Positions 51,801 to 63,540 of a stretch of DNA of 64,000 bases are shown here, in pieces (position 1 is the first letter of the stretch; each line of letters opens with the position of its first letter). The position numbers were made by a program, and so were the translations under genes. The notes under the pieces were generated by a model, which had not been told where the DNA came from, searched no databases, and was given only the letters and a program-made list of their open reading frames with translations. Source of the DNA: Narcine bancroftii (lineage: Eukaryota); NCBI RefSeq assembly GCF_036971445.1, contig NC_091471.1, positions 350,300,001 through 350,364,000 on the forward strand, given 5' to 3'.

Positions 51801-54800
51801 GATTCTGATGGTGCCAGAAGTGTTCTGACCCAGAAACCATTTCTCTTACTACAAGAATTTTGAGATTATCTACTGTACTTCATCTTTTTTTAAGCCTTGT
51901 AACTATTGCACTCTGTCACTAGAGATTTCTGCTTTTAATTTGAGGGAAGTTGGATGAAAAAAAATAAAGATTTCAGATTTAGCTGGAGAGATTAGAGCAA
52001 TCCCATGTGTACAAGGAAGATAAATGTACTTTATCAAATTCTAGCCTCCTGAGAAAACTAGGATTTTAATTACTACTTGTCAATTAACTGTGTAGAAAAG
52101 ATACCTGTTGGAGCTACATTTATAAAAAAATGCATTAATGCTTATTGTAATGACATTTAGTTTGCTGCAATGTTTTTAAAAATGTTCTTTAATAAAGTGT
52201 CCTTTTTCCCCCCCCCCCCTTAATGTTTCAAATTGCTGTATTCACAAGTTATCGGAGAGAAGTGAAAAATGTTCGGCAAACAAGTCATTATCCTGTGTTC
52301 CCTTGGGTGAGAATGTTGTTTATCAACTTGCCTTTATATCATCTAGTATAAAGAGACTTGTATAAAGAGAGTCATTCCAGTTTTTACTTCAATTTAAATT
52401 TGCAAAATATTACTCTAGAGTAAAATAAGAGATTCAAGTGATGGAACTCTGTCATGGGCAAAGCTGGAATTTATGCACATCTTCCTTGAAGGAATCTGAA
52501 GAGTCCACACCCAGAACACTTGTATATTTATTCTTTAAATTCTCATGCTGGAAAAATTAAGAAAATGCAGATGATAATAAATCTAAAATTTAAAAACAAA
52601 ATAGTTGAGCATACTCTGAAATCATGCAGCATCCTTGAAGGATTATTGATGAGTTCTTCCTGCACTTTAATTTTCTTGGAAAGAGCTGATTGGTTTGGTC
52701 CTAAATCCTGAAAGAAAAGTAGAGGATTGAGGTAGACAGGGTTTAATTTTTTTCATCAGGTATATATGGGTTGACACAACATTGTGGGCTGAAGGGCCTG
52801 TAATGTTGCTGTTGTGATCTATGTTCATTTTGCCTCGTATCCGCCCCCACCCCCTAATCCAACTTGAAGAGTTCTGCAATTTGGTCCTCATTGAGAATGT
52901 GCCCGGTTTCCTTGTGTCTGATTCTACCATCCTTTTAATTTTTGGTTGTGTTCTATATCTTTGATTATCAGTCTCCTCATTTGCTCTTTACTTTTCCTAA
53001 TGCTAATTTAGGACCTAACTCATCAGAAGTAATAATTATTCCATCAAAACCCCCTCAAAGAAAGCCTCCATCTCCAATAACCATTTGGTTTGCTTTAATA
53101 CACAATCTAGTTTCAATGGAAGCCAATTCTAGCTTCTCAAATATTTTTGCAAAATTGCTTTTACATCCAGTGATCCCCTGAACAACCTTGATGATCTTTT
53201 AACTGTGCAGTATTAATAGCTTCAGAGTACTCCATGCCTTACTGGGGTTGTGTATGGTTCAGCATTGCATTCCTTTCAATGTCTCTATCTACAATGGGGT
53301 AGTCATTAGGCACTTTCAAGCAGGGAAATCACCCGTCTGTAAAGGCAAAGGTTCTTCGCCCTTGCCCCTAAAGATGTACCTTTCTGGATGCACTGTGGCC
53401 AACTCTGAGGCGCAGATTCCAACCCATCTCGGGGAAGGATAATCAGCAGAGTGCTGCGCTCCGCCACCTGACCTGAATGTATAGCTGCTGCAAGCGGGTG
53501 GTTAGGGCGGCCTGATGATGTCATCAGCACGCGACCCAACTCCCCACTTGCCCCTCTCCCTCCATTACCCTCTCAAGGTGGGGGCTGATGGGGTGACAGG
53601 GGGCAGCACTTTGGCCTTTGGGGCTGCTCTCTGTGGCTCAAAATGAAGCATAGCAATGGCTGTTTCCCTACCCATAATCCCCCATGCAGCTGGAACAGTT
53701 CTGGGAACCACACAACTGTTCCAACTGTGGGGGATTATGGGTAGGGAAGATGACCATTGCTCTGCCACATATTTATGCTCTGGAGGGCGCTGCAAGGCAC
53801 CGCTCAACCTGAATGCGATGCTGGAGCAGTCTTTCGGGGCTACTGTCTGAAAGGTAAGTTTTTGATCTGCTCTTGCAGCTGGTGTCCAGGCGAAGGCCTA
53901 ACAGGAAATGGGCTATTGTGCTTTCTTAATGACCTCCTCAACTTATCCTGCCTTTGTGAAAGATTAGTGTGTGCAGTTCTGGATGCTTCCCTTGTGGCTT
54001 CAGTTTTGTGTGGAGATGTTTAATGGAGTAGGGGCAATCTGAGCAGAGGTTTATTGGTATGGAGCTATGTGTGTCATTTACAGTTGGTCTCTGCTTTCAC
54101 AAAACCAAATAATGTTGAAGAATTTAATACTTTCCCCAAACTCAGACTACCAACAGCCATCCGAGCTCCCAACACCCCAAACTCAAGACTACCACCAGCC
54201 ATCCGAGCTCCCGATACCCCAAATTCAAGACTACCACCAGCCATCCGAGCTCCCAACACCCCAAACTCTGATACGCCAGCCGCTTGACTGTCCAAGCTCC
54301 CAACCTGAATTCGGAAATACCAATATAAACAAAATATTTGGTATGCACGTGTGCACTTTTTAATTATTTAAACTAATACAAATTAGCAGTTTAAAAAATT
54401 GTATACATGAATAAATATTGTTACATACCTATTTCTTTATATTTGAATAACATTTTGTAACAAAATGTGCACAAAAGAATAAAAATGTGTATACATTTTT
54501 TTTTTGTTCAGATCTTGTGGCTCTCAAACCATCCCTGGTCTATTCTTTCAGCCTCTACTGACAGCTTTTTACTCTCCCGGAAGAAATATCTATTTAGGTC
54601 CAGGAGATGGTCATTCTAAATGAGTTTCCCATTCTTGTCCTCAGAACTAAATAGTATTTGATTTTCCTGGCAGCATACAATTTGGTAACATAAGCCCGTA
54701 GGGGAGTGTAGGAATGGTGTTAAGTGATATGCAATATATATACAATATTTATTTTGAACATGTTTATTTACACAGCCCAGTTCTCACAAATGTCTTCCTT

Positions 54801-57800
54801 TCTTTTGTTAGGTTTATTAAAGGAAGGTGCATCACAGGAATTGCAAGATGTTTTGGACAGGAATCCAGAATCGCAGATCACTGAAGGAACTGTTGCAGCA
54901 GTTAGTATTGCATTATCCTGCATTTATGGGCCTTTATCTTTTGTATAATATTGAATTTGTTTGAGAGTTTGTAATATATACATGATATTTTGATTCACAG
55001 ATTTTTAAATGCTTGAATCTGTTTTGTGCTGCTTTCATAATAGCAAAACTGGAAATAAGTTAACGTATAAATTACTGATTCACTCCTGTAAGAATATAGT
55101 CTTATCAGAAGAGGTCTGTGGCCTCCTGAACTGTGACAGTAAGACTGCAGGAGGAGCACAGTGATAGGGTTGGAATCACTCGTGGCAGTGATCCAATGAG
55201 AAGGTCAGAGGGGTTTGGCTGGGTGGTGTTTGGAAAGAAAAAGAATGCATTGTTGTGTCTAGTGGTTAATAAAGAAAGACAACTTCATGGTGTGCTGGAA
55301 GAAACGAGTGAGTGTATTCTTTCTATCTGGGCACATTGCAGCTGCTGGTCTCATAATTCTACAACTCCAGATTACTTGATTTCTTCAACAGTATCAGACA
55401 TGTGTCTCTGTAGTGTTAGCTCAGCTTGTTTACTTTTTTTTTTCTCCTGGGAATGGAAGACTTTCCCAGCCTGACCTGCTGGGATTGTCTTCCCACTCTG
55501 TGTTTTCCATCTCCCACTTTCTGTTCTCGAAGTTCTTTTGTCTATGTTCTTGTTCTCTTAAATATTCCCATTCATACACTAACAAGATAACCTTGCCTGC
55601 TGTTTTAGTAGCTTCTCTCTATTCTAGTAATGTAGGGTATCTGATCTGAAACGTTTGGCTCTGTTCCTCTGCCCACAGATATTGTCATCGGAATATTTCT
55701 AGGATTTTCTGTTTTATAAATTTCCAGCATTCAGCAATAGTTAAGACTTCATGTGTATAAACATGGAGGGACACAGATCACTTGTAGGCAGATGGGATCC
55801 CTTTAATTTGACATCACGATTGGGTGAGACCTCATGAGCTGAAGGGCCTGATCCTGTTCTACATAATTTCTAGTTCTTTAATATCTGCCTGAAACTTGAG
55901 AATGAGAAGGAAGGGCCCTGACCCAGTTACATTCCTTCAGTTTAAGGTTGACAAATCTATACAAGAGCTAATAGTCCAAGAGGGGGAATAAAAACATGTT
56001 GTTCAGGGATACTTTTCTGTCTTCCATTACAGAACTCCATCAGTGCACAAAAACGAGTTGCCTTCCAAACAGAAGTAGACATCAGAGCTATGACCATGCA
56101 GAGTACAAGTGATCAACAGGATAAGTTGTTGGAAGAACAAGTGCAGTGTGTGGATTCAGCAATGAGAGACTCCAACCAGAATGGCACTGAGAGTGAAGAA
56201 AGCTCCTTTTCAATGTAAGTTGGTGCTGCAGTATGTTTGGAATGACACAGCACTATTGAATTTAAATTGTACTTTATATAACCTCTTATTTTTTTTTTTA
56301 AAAAGTACTTGAAAATTTATTGATGTGTGAGCATAATTGTAATTTTTGGAAACTGTTGAAGCCAATTTGTATACAATCTTCAACTAATAATTCTCACCAG
56401 AAGGTCTTTTGGCAATGTTGAGGAAAAACTATTGGGCAGGACCTCCAGAGAACTTATTCAAGATAATAACAAATGATTTTATGGCACTGTTTGCAAGAGC
56501 AGAGAGCAAACTGGTTTAATGGGGTGGTGCATGATATGGTAACAAAGATTCTGGGAGATTGGAAACCAGGATCTCGCAGCTTCCAAGTCCTTGCTGCTGA
56601 CAGGTCAAAATGTTCACCTCTGCATGCTAGCTATCTAAACTACAAGGTTCATTGTTTGAACTTTGGTCTGCTTTTACATGTATTTACACAGCATATATTA
56701 TATTTACACAGCATATTATATGCATCAACCAATCACCAGCTTGGAAAAACAACATCATCTGTGATAGTTCACCACTCTGTGAAAGGAAGTTTTAAATGGA
56801 CACCCTTCAAACCTGAGTTGTCCTCTTGACAATGAATCAAACCAAACTGTTAGAAAATTATTGCTTTTGTATCTGCAAACTTTTTAAAAAGAAATATTTT
56901 TAGACAATTAAGTGTGGCTAAAATAAAACTGGTTTCATGATGGTTTGTTGGTCTAGTTGTCCTTGAATATTGCACCACTAAATTCATCTCATCTGGCACT
57001 GCACTGGAATGATAGCCAGGATTATGCTTTGATGGCGTTTCAAGACTGTTTTGTCCTGAGGTTATCCATAGTGAACAATTGGTTGTGCCCCTCTTCAACT
57101 CCTCTTGATCATTGTTTAATAAATGCAAATTGGTTCACAAAGAAATGGGTGGTATTCTGGATCAGACTCTATTTGCATCTCTATTGCCAACTCCGGTTAA
57201 GATTGTAAAGGCAAAACTTGACCCCACTGATAGTTCTGAAGATGAGAGAGACCGTATGTTTTTGATTCCCTGTTTGTGCATTTGCATGCAAAATATCCCT
57301 TCTGCACTTTGAATCGTTTATTGTCCTGAACGTGTCTCAAAATGTGTTTTTTCACAACAGTATTGTGCATTACAGGTGGCAAAATTGCTATAGATTTCTG
57401 TAAATTCACTATTTTTTAAAAATTGTTTCGAAAAGAGAAAAAAAATCTGAGGGGTCTGTGGTTCATTGTCCATTCGGAAATCTGATGATGGGGAAAAAGC
57501 TGTTTTTGTAATGTGTATGTGTCTTCAGGCTTCTGTCTATCCTTCCTGATAGTAGCAGTGAGAAGAGGGCATGGCCTGAGTGGTGGGGGTCCTTGAGGAT
57601 AGAGGCTGCTTTCTTGAGACACTGCCACTTGTAGATGTTCTTGATGGAGTAAAAACTAATGCCTATGGTGGTGCTGGTTGAGTTCGCAGTTCTCTGTATG
57701 TAGTCTTTTTCTATCCTGTGCATTGCCACCTCCAAACCATACAGTGATGCACCAGTCAGAATGCTCTCTAGGGTACACCTGTATTTTTTTTAAATTGCAA

Positions 57801-60741
57801 GAGTCTGGTAACATAGCAAATCTCCTCATAATGCATAGCTGCTAGTAAGCCGCCTTCATGATTGCATCAACGTGATGCCCCAGGATAGATCTTTAGAGAT
57901 GTTAACACTTAGAAATTTGAAGTTCTTTACCCTCTCCACTACTGATCCCTCGATGAGAACTGGTTTGTATTCTCCTGGTTTCCTCTTCCTGAAGTCCACA
58001 ATCAGTTCCTTAGTTTTGCTAACGTTGAGTGCCACCAGTTTGAAGAATATTGTATGAATGACTTATTCAGGAGGCTTTTCCTCCCACTGATGTTGAGTTA
58101 GAGCACTGTAGAATAATCATTTGTCCACATTCAGTGTGGATTTGATGTGATCCTAGAACAGGGATCCCCAAACCTTTGAGACCATTGACCCCCTTATGGA
58201 ATATTTGATTCCTCATTGACTCCTGGTGCTGGATGGGGCTGGCAGTGCTGTACAGGGGTGGGGGACTAACATAGGTACTATATATACAATGCAGGTACGC
58301 ATGAGGCCAAATGTTTGACCCATGTAAAAGTCTAACCCTACTTTTTTCCCAAAAAGTGGTCCAAACAAATTCAATTACACGTGTATAAAACATGTGCTGC
58401 TTTCCATCCTCCTGTTCGCTCTAAATTAAAATCAAATACAACATGGTAGCCACCAAAGCCCGCTCTTGTGAGAGGTTGGCCAACACTGCCATTGGTGCCA
58501 TTTTCAATTGGGCCTCCTAGCGTTATTGACCCCCATTCAACCTCTTGGCATTTATTGACCTCCAGGGGATGATATCGACTACTTTGGAGACCCTTACACT
58601 ATAAAGATGAAGCAACGCAAACATTCCTACCAGAGCAGAAAATTCTTCCCAAAATGTCAGAACTTGTATGAGAGTTGGATTTTAAAAAATATATATTTTG
58701 AATTTAACATAATAAGCATACATCATAAATGACAAATACAGTTGGATTTTAAAGGCTGATATTTTAAATTGCCTCAGATTGTATGAAAATGTTTGTCTAC
58801 AGTTATTTAAAATAAATATTTGAACTTTATCTTTTGTAGTAATCGAAAAGATCAAAGTGATCCACACATTTTGCTTCGAGATGAACCTCTATCTTGTCGA
58901 AGAGCCCAGAACATTCTTGCAGAAGAGGAACTGCATGAGATGTCTGAGAGGCTGTCTCAGAAACTGCATCAACTCGATGTGGTAAGGATCCTGTTTCAGA
59001 TGGCAGGGTGTGGGATGAATTGGTGACTAACAGGATAAAATACACTTTAGATGTTTAGAGCTGTATTGAGCCTTTTGGTGAGCTCTCTCCTGTTTTGAGA
59101 CTGGCCACCAGAAGAAATTGTTCACTCACAGTAGTACTGCCTCTGGTGGGAAGAACCAAATTTCCAAATTGGAAACTGAGGAAAGCCTGGCTGCTATTCC
59201 AACCAGAAAAAAAGTCTTGATATTGCAAGTGAGTGCCACTGATCTTGAGGTTTGTCCAGAAGTTGTTTGTGAAAACTGAATTTGTTTCTTTTGAAGTCAA
59301 AATTGTAGGATCATTGGATTTGAAAATAGAAACCTAAATTACAAACGCACAGAAGTTATGCCAACTCATTGCTAACTGTAGGTTAGGCACAGTACCAGAG
59401 AACAGTGCAGGGAAGGTTTATTACAATGGTACATGCAGTAAGAGCATGTTCTTTTATCTTGCAAGATTTTTTCAGGATTTACCTTTTGTTAACAAGAAGC
59501 CAAGGACAACAATCGTATTACTTAAACCCACCTTTCTGTTCTGCATGTATTGAGATTACATATAGAAGAAGAGAACTTTATTCCAGTAATGCTGTTTTGA
59601 CAAACATGAAGCTTATGGCAATGAAACAAATTTGTACTTACTCAATGTCAGCCCCTGGTCCTGACAATCCAAATTCTCTGTTACCTGCATTCCCTCCACT
59701 GCTCTGGTCAGCACATGACAGCACAGAAACAGGCCCTTTAGCCTTTATATTTTGCCTAGTCCCGTTGACCTGCACCCAGTCCATAGCCCTCCATACCCCT
59801 CCTATGCATGTACCTGTCCAAATTTTTCTTAAATGTTAAAATTGAGCCTGCATTTTCACTACTTCACACAGTGGAATGTGGAACGAGGTGTCAACTGAAG
59901 TTCCTCCTAAACTTTTTCCCCTTTCAGTCTTAACCCATGTCCTTTGGTTTGTATCTCACCTACACTCAATAGAAAAAGCCTGCATATATTTACTGTCTAT
60001 GCCCCCATAATTTTAAATGCCTTTATCAAATTGATCCTCATTCTTCTATGCTCCAGGGAATAAAGTCCTAACCTGTTCAACCTTTTCCAGTAACTCTGTT
60101 CCTGAAGTACGAGCAACAATCCAAAGCTGAAGCTTCACCTCAAAAAAGGATCAGTTTGCACATTTCAGTCTGAGCTAAGTCGGAAGCTTCCGTTCTTTAA
60201 CTCTTGCATGATGAAGTGGCAATGCTGCCTTATCTCTTGTGACCTTTGACCTGAGTACATGCTAAAGAATCAGATGATGTCATCTCCCAGCAACCCTTAT
60301 GTAACTCCTTCTCTGTCCTGCACCTTGTTTCTACATTACATCTCTTTGATTGTTGGTGTAGCGGTTAGTGCAGTGCTTTGACAGTGCAGTGATTGGGACT
60401 TGGGTTCGAAACCTGCACTGTCTGTAAAGAGTTTGTACATTCTCCCGTGTCTCCGTCGGTATTCCTTGGAGGCTCCAGTTTCCTCTCCCCATTCAAAAAT
60501 GTACCGGAGAGGTGTAGGTTAATTGGGTTTTAATTGGGTGGCACTGATTTGTGGGCCAAAATGGCCTGTTACTGTGCTACATGTCTAAATTTAAAAAAAA
60601 AAGTGACCAGCCTTTTTATCTAACAGATGCTGAAACAAGCCCTGAGTGATAAATCTGAAATTAGTGATTTGAAGGAAGAAGATAAATTATCTCAACACAG
60701 TGACAGCGTCACAGAATATCGACGAGTTCATCATTTGTCAG
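24854..60741 (+). CDS. CEP95: Centrosomal protein of 95 kDa, 5' part (13 coding exons visible; gene continues beyond the window)
   Basis: Exons 24854-24875, 43050-43178, 43301-43408, 44112-44222, 45266-45350, 47702-47805, 48023-48166, 50914-51191, 52249-52306, 54812-54900, 56033-56214, 58840-58981, 60627-60741. Phases chain without stops. CEP95 motifs [83 protein letters not shown]. Middle exons are less certain. Confidence 0.9.
25745..27490 (+). mobile_element. CR1-type LINE fragments, interrupted at about 26635-27173 by a GC-rich non-autonomous element (related copy at about 53308-53855)
   Basis: [40 protein letters not shown]. The insert begins GCACTTTCAGGTGGC and the CR1 resumes after it. 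Confidence 0.8.
28061..29163 (+). mobile_element. Young 5'-truncated RTE-clade LINE (RT C-terminal half and 3' end)
   Basis: [50 protein letters not shown], terminal C2H2-like motif; tail GAAGCCAAGCCAAAGA; few disablements. Confidence 0.92.
33535..35564 (-). mobile_element. Internally deleted hAT DNA transposon (SPIN/OC1/Charlie-Buster group, GTF2IRD2-like transposase)
   Basis: TIRs CAGGGGTCTCAA / TTGAGACCCCTG; 8-bp TSD ACGTAACC/ATGTAACC; transposase remnants [54 protein letters not shown] with frameshifts. Confidence 0.92.
36251..36885 (-). mobile_element. RTE-clade LINE 3' fragment, same family as 28061-29163
   Basis: Open 3' ORF2 [12 protein letters not shown]...[10 protein letters not shown] and the same 3' tail. 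Confidence 0.92.
37021..38028 (+). mobile_element. Solo LTR (family A), about 1 kb
   Basis: TGTGAC...CATAACA termini; TSD CACC/CATC; interrupts the L1 coding motif; homologous to 4023-6848. Confidence 0.75.
38098..38730 (+). mobile_element. Young CR1-type LINE 3' fragment
   Basis: Open 184-aa [53 protein letters not shown]; microsatellite tail (TGGTTATA)n. Confidence 0.92.
39730..39985 (-). mobile_element. Rex1/Babar-type LINE 3' fragment
   Basis: [30 protein letters not shown]; a similar copy lies at about 57460-58030. Confidence 0.65.
40130..40950 (+). mobile_element. Degenerate Rex1-type RT fragment
   Basis: [39 protein letters not shown] remnants. Confidence 0.65.
40367..40586 (+). mobile_element. 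Small (220 bp) solo LTR inserted in the Rex1 fragment
   Basis: TG...CA termini, perfect 5-bp TSD AATAA/AATAA, internal AATAAA. Confidence 0.7.
41265..41930 (-). mobile_element. Penelope-like element 3' fragment with GIY-YIG endonuclease
   Basis: [52 protein letters not shown]. Confidence 0.8.
43050..43178 (+). CDS. CEP95: CEP95 exon 2
   Basis: [43 protein letters not shown]. Confidence 0.93.
43301..43408 (+). CDS. CEP95: CEP95 exon 3
   Basis: [36 protein letters not shown]. Confidence 0.95.
43693..44071. mobile_element. PIF/Harbinger-like MITE
   Basis: TIRs AGCCCCCTTCACACTTGC / GCAAGTGTGAAAGGGGCT; 3-bp TSD TGA/TGA. Confidence 0.8.
44112..44222 (+). CDS. CEP95: CEP95 exon 4
   Basis: [37 protein letters not shown]. 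Confidence 0.93.
44315..44402 (+). repeat. G-rich simple repeat (GGGGAGAGGGGGGA)n
   Basis: About 90 nt of G-runs separated by A/AGA. Confidence 0.9.
45266..45350 (+). CDS. CEP95: CEP95 exon 5 (3' boundary uncertain)
   Basis: Good acceptor and open frame; phase 1 to 2 fits the neighbours. Donor AG|GTTACC is weak, with an alternative phase-2 GT at 45384. Confidence 0.6.
46350..47620 (-). mobile_element. Degenerate Tx1/L1-clade LINE 3' part
   Basis: Minus-strand [28 protein letters not shown] remnants and A-rich tail; same type as 1290-1740. Confidence 0.7.
47702..47805 (+). CDS. CEP95: CEP95 exon 6
   Basis: [29 protein letters not shown] resembles the CEP95 SWDGD.AESTGEIIRLGDTAHTFS motif. 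Confidence 0.88.
48023..48166 (+). CDS. CEP95: CEP95 exon 7
   Basis: Poly-T acceptor, open frame, strong donor C|GTAAGT, phase 1-1. Confidence 0.7.
48580..49340 (-). mobile_element. Degenerate Tx1/L1-clade LINE 3' end
   Basis: A-rich tail, purine-rich 3' UTR and C-terminal ORF2 remnants; splits the SINE at 48385-48575. Confidence 0.6.
50914..51191 (+). CDS. CEP95: CEP95 exon 8
   Basis: [20 protein letters not shown] conserved motif; donor GAT|GTGAGT. Confidence 0.88.
52249..52306 (+). CDS. CEP95: Probable CEP95 exon 9
   Basis: Needed to bridge phase 0 to phase 1; open frame; donor G|GTGAGA; unusual AAG acceptor. Confidence 0.5.
54138..54270 (+). repeat. Tandem repeat, about 42-bp unit x3
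   Basis: AAACTCAAGACTACCACCAGCCATCCGAGCTCCCAACACCCC with minor variants. Confidence 0.9.
54812..54900 (+). CDS. CEP95: Probable CEP95 exon 10
   Basis: Strong pyrimidine acceptor, [30 protein letters not shown], donor GTTAGT. Confidence 0.65.
56033..56214 (+). CDS. CEP95: Probable CEP95 exon 11
   Basis: [20 protein letters not shown]...; canonical splice sites; phase 0 to 2. Confidence 0.72.
57460..58030 (-). mobile_element. Rex1/Babar-type LINE 3' fragment
   Basis: [44 protein letters not shown]. Confidence 0.8.
58840..58981 (+). CDS. CEP95: CEP95 exon 12
   Basis: [22 protein letters not shown] matches the CEP95 coiled-coil start. Confidence 0.9.
59715..60110 (-). mobile_element. CR1-type LINE 3' fragment
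   Basis: Reverse-complement CR1 3' ORF2 and tail. Confidence 0.7.
60350..60590 (+). mobile_element. tRNA-derived V/HE1-type SINE
   Basis: A-box TAGCGGTTAG, B-box GGTTCGAAACC, V-type core GAGTTTGTACATTCTCCCGTGTC..GGCTCCAGTTTCCTC. Confidence 0.8.
60627..60741 (+). CDS. CEP95: CEP95 exon 13
   Basis: MLKQALSD...[16 protein letters not shown] matches CEP95 MLKSALGD...LSQHSD. Confidence 0.9.
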
Positions 60742-61594
60742 GTACTAAGCACATTTTTCATAGGACAATCTCGGGTCCATTCAACAGTTTCTCAAATCTT
60801 GGAGAAGATTTGTTTCTTCTAGGAAATATTATGGACCTAAAGTGAGGCTGTCCAAGTACCAATTAGAATTTCTTAAAATTGCATCATCATTGTCCAGGGA
60901 ATGTATTGCAGTTACCTGGAAGTCTGATTTCCTCTTCTGGACGTAGCCCGGTGGAATGTAGAAATGCATAGCTGTGTTGCCCTGGAGAAAATTGCTTACA
61001 GTTTAAGGAAAAAATATAATATACAGGGTTGAATACTTAAGGCACTTGTACTATTTTTGAACTCTCAGTCCCTTTTTCTCCCATATTTGAAATCTAGGTA
61101 GAAAAAAGAATTGGACTTTCTGAGCTGGATTCTGGATCCCAACAGTTCCTTTTTCTTTCTTTCCTCTCTTTTTCTTCATTCTATTTCTTTGTTACTTTGT
61201 CTTCTAATTTCTATTTTCTTTTCAAGGGTTTTTTTTGTGAAATTTGGACAATCTGTATCAATGATTCCATTTCATTTCTTTTATGTGATGATTAATCATA
61301 TTTGTTTGATCATAAAACTAAAAATATTTTTAAAAAAATTATTGGAGAAGGACAAGGACCAGAGAATAGATCATAAAGGACACTGAATCCAGCTCTATTA
61401 TATAGTTGCTAGAGAATGGGAAGGGCTCTTTTAGTACACAAAAGTGCAGGGGAACTTTGCAATTTCCATGGAGAGTAGAAGGCCATTTACCTTGCTTAAT
61501 GGTTCCATTATTGTCAAATAATACTGCATTTACAATGTAATATACATGAAATTCTTTAACTTTGAACAGAGAGTTGCCACTTTGTACAGAAATG

Positions 61595-61668
61595 AAGCCC
61601 TAGAGAGGAACAAACTTGCAGCCCCTGGTTTACAAGACCAGTGCTCTAACCATTGAGCTATCAGAGCC
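61595..61668 (-). pseudogene. tRNA-Thr(TGT) pseudogene / degenerate tRNA gene
   Basis: GGCTCTGATAGCTCAATGGTTAGAGCACTGGTCTTGTAAACCAGGGGCTGCAAGTTTGTTCCTCTCTAGGGCTT. D arm and anticodon arm (TGT) are intact; T arm/B-box is damaged (GTTTG) and the acceptor stem is imperfect. Confidence 0.8.
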
Positions 61669-62689
61669 ACTTGCCATCTGCAAAATTTAACAAGTTCACA
61701 ATAGGGTTGGGTTTCCAATAATAATGAGAACAGATACAGGAAAGAGATTGAAATTGGACTGGTGTGATGTCAAGATAACAGCATTTCAACATCCGTAGGC
61801 AGGAGGAGGTAATTGATGACTTTGGGAGAGGGCAGTGGCCACACGACCCATGACCAGGTCAATGGCGCTCAAGTGGAAAGAATAGATAGCTTCAAGTTTG
61901 TCTTTTTTTAAATATTTAAACTAAAACAAAACTTTTTGTCAAAGTACCTATTACAGTGAAACAACTTCTTTTGCAGTCTAGCAGGTTATCTTTAACCGTC
62001 ACACAGCCATGTAAAAAGATCAATTTACACACTATGATTACAATATAAAGGATGATTTATTGGCACCAATAAGGGTAGCAGGAGGGCACTTTTGTGGAGT
62101 TCATTTAGGAGCCTGATGACTGCAGGGAAGAAACTGTCTTTAAGCATGTTGTTGCACACTCCTGCACTCTTAAAACCTTTTTCCTGAGAGAGAAGACAGT
62201 ATGTCCAGAATGTGATGGGCCTTTCAGTATGTTGGCTGGCTTTCTGGCTCGAATCATCGACCATTCTTTTTCTTCCACTGATGCTGAATGCCCCGCTGAT
62301 TTTTTTTTTTTGTTTGGTCCAGCAGATGTTTTTCTCTGCTCCATATTCCAGTATCTAGTTGGTATCTCATCTCTCCAATTTTGCTTGTCATTCACCGAGT
62401 TAACAATCTGGCACGCTGAGGACCTCTGGTGGTAGCAAACCAATGCTGCAAAATGCAGCTCCTGGCAAAGCCTGCACACTTATTTGGCTGCTCAGAGTTG
62501 CCCTGGAAGAGGTGGTAGTAGTGCATTAGCAATCTGACCAACAGCAGTCAGTTTGGTTGTTGAATATGCTTTCACAGTGCTTTTGAATAGGGAGTTGCAG
62601 AATTCAGACCCAGTGACAATAAAGGAACAGGCATTTATTTCTATATTGGGATGATGTAGAAATGGTACCTGTAGTGTCCAGGTCCTTAT

Positions 62690-63540
62690 TCAAAAAAATT
62701 TTTTCACACTATGAACCGTACTAACCAAAATACACACAAACATTTCCCTCTTGAATATACAGTGTCATTCTCTCCCCTTTTTCCCCCCTCCCTTCCCTCC
62801 CTCCTTCACCCCCCCCTCCCCACCCACTCAACGTTCAACCTATATGATACATTAAACCCATTAAACAATGTCATCACACAATGAAAATAAACAAGAAAAT
62901 TGCATCATCTACTTTTACACACTGGGTCAGTTCATTTCGTCTTCTTCTCCTTCTTTCATTTTAGGCCGTGGAGGTCCGCGGCAGGACTTCTCTGTTGGGT
63001 TCCATGTACGGTTCCCAAATTTGTTTGAATACTGTGATGTTATTTCTTTCCGATGGAATAGATTTATTCATTTGTATGTACCATTGCTGTATTCTTAGGC
63101 CATCTTCTAATTTCCAGGTTGACATAATACATTTTTTTGCTACAGCTAAGGCGATCATAATAAATTTTTTTTTGTGCTCCATCCAAATCTAGTCCAAGTT
63201 CTTCTTATATTACTTAGAAGAAAAATCTCTGGATTTTTTGGTATGTTGCTTTTTGTGATTTTTATTTAATACCTGATTTAGATCTTCCCAAAACTTTTCC
63301 ACTTTCTCACATGTCCAAATTGCATGTACTGTTGTTCCCGTTTCCTTCTTACAACGAAAACATCTGTCTGATACTGTTGGGTCCCATTTATTTAACTTTT
63401 GGGGCATGGTGCATAGCCTGTGTAACCACTTGTATTGTATTATGCGTAACCTCATCTTTATTGTATTTCTCATAGTTCCAGAGCATAGCTTTTCCCATGT
63501 TTCATTCTTTAACTTATTTAGATCTTGTTCCCATTTTTGA
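62690..63540 (-). mobile_element. Tx1/L1-clade LINE 3' end
   Basis: IQYKWLHRL..SDRCFRCKKETGTTVHAIWTC; FKQIWEPY; same family as 4436-6284. Confidence 0.88.

Noticed and set aside
52215-52248. U12-type intron suggested by CCTTAAT upstream of the AAG acceptor
   Set aside because: The upstream donor is U2-type GTGAGT rather than RTATCCTT, and the motif is somewhat far from the acceptor.
54138-54270. CRISPR-like array
   Set aside because: Direct tandem units without unique spacers, eukaryotic context, no cas genes.
58159-58595. Possible hAT MITE (CAGGGATCCCCAAAC...TTTGGAGACCCTT)
   Set aside because: TIRs are degenerate and the TSD is not convincing enough to call.
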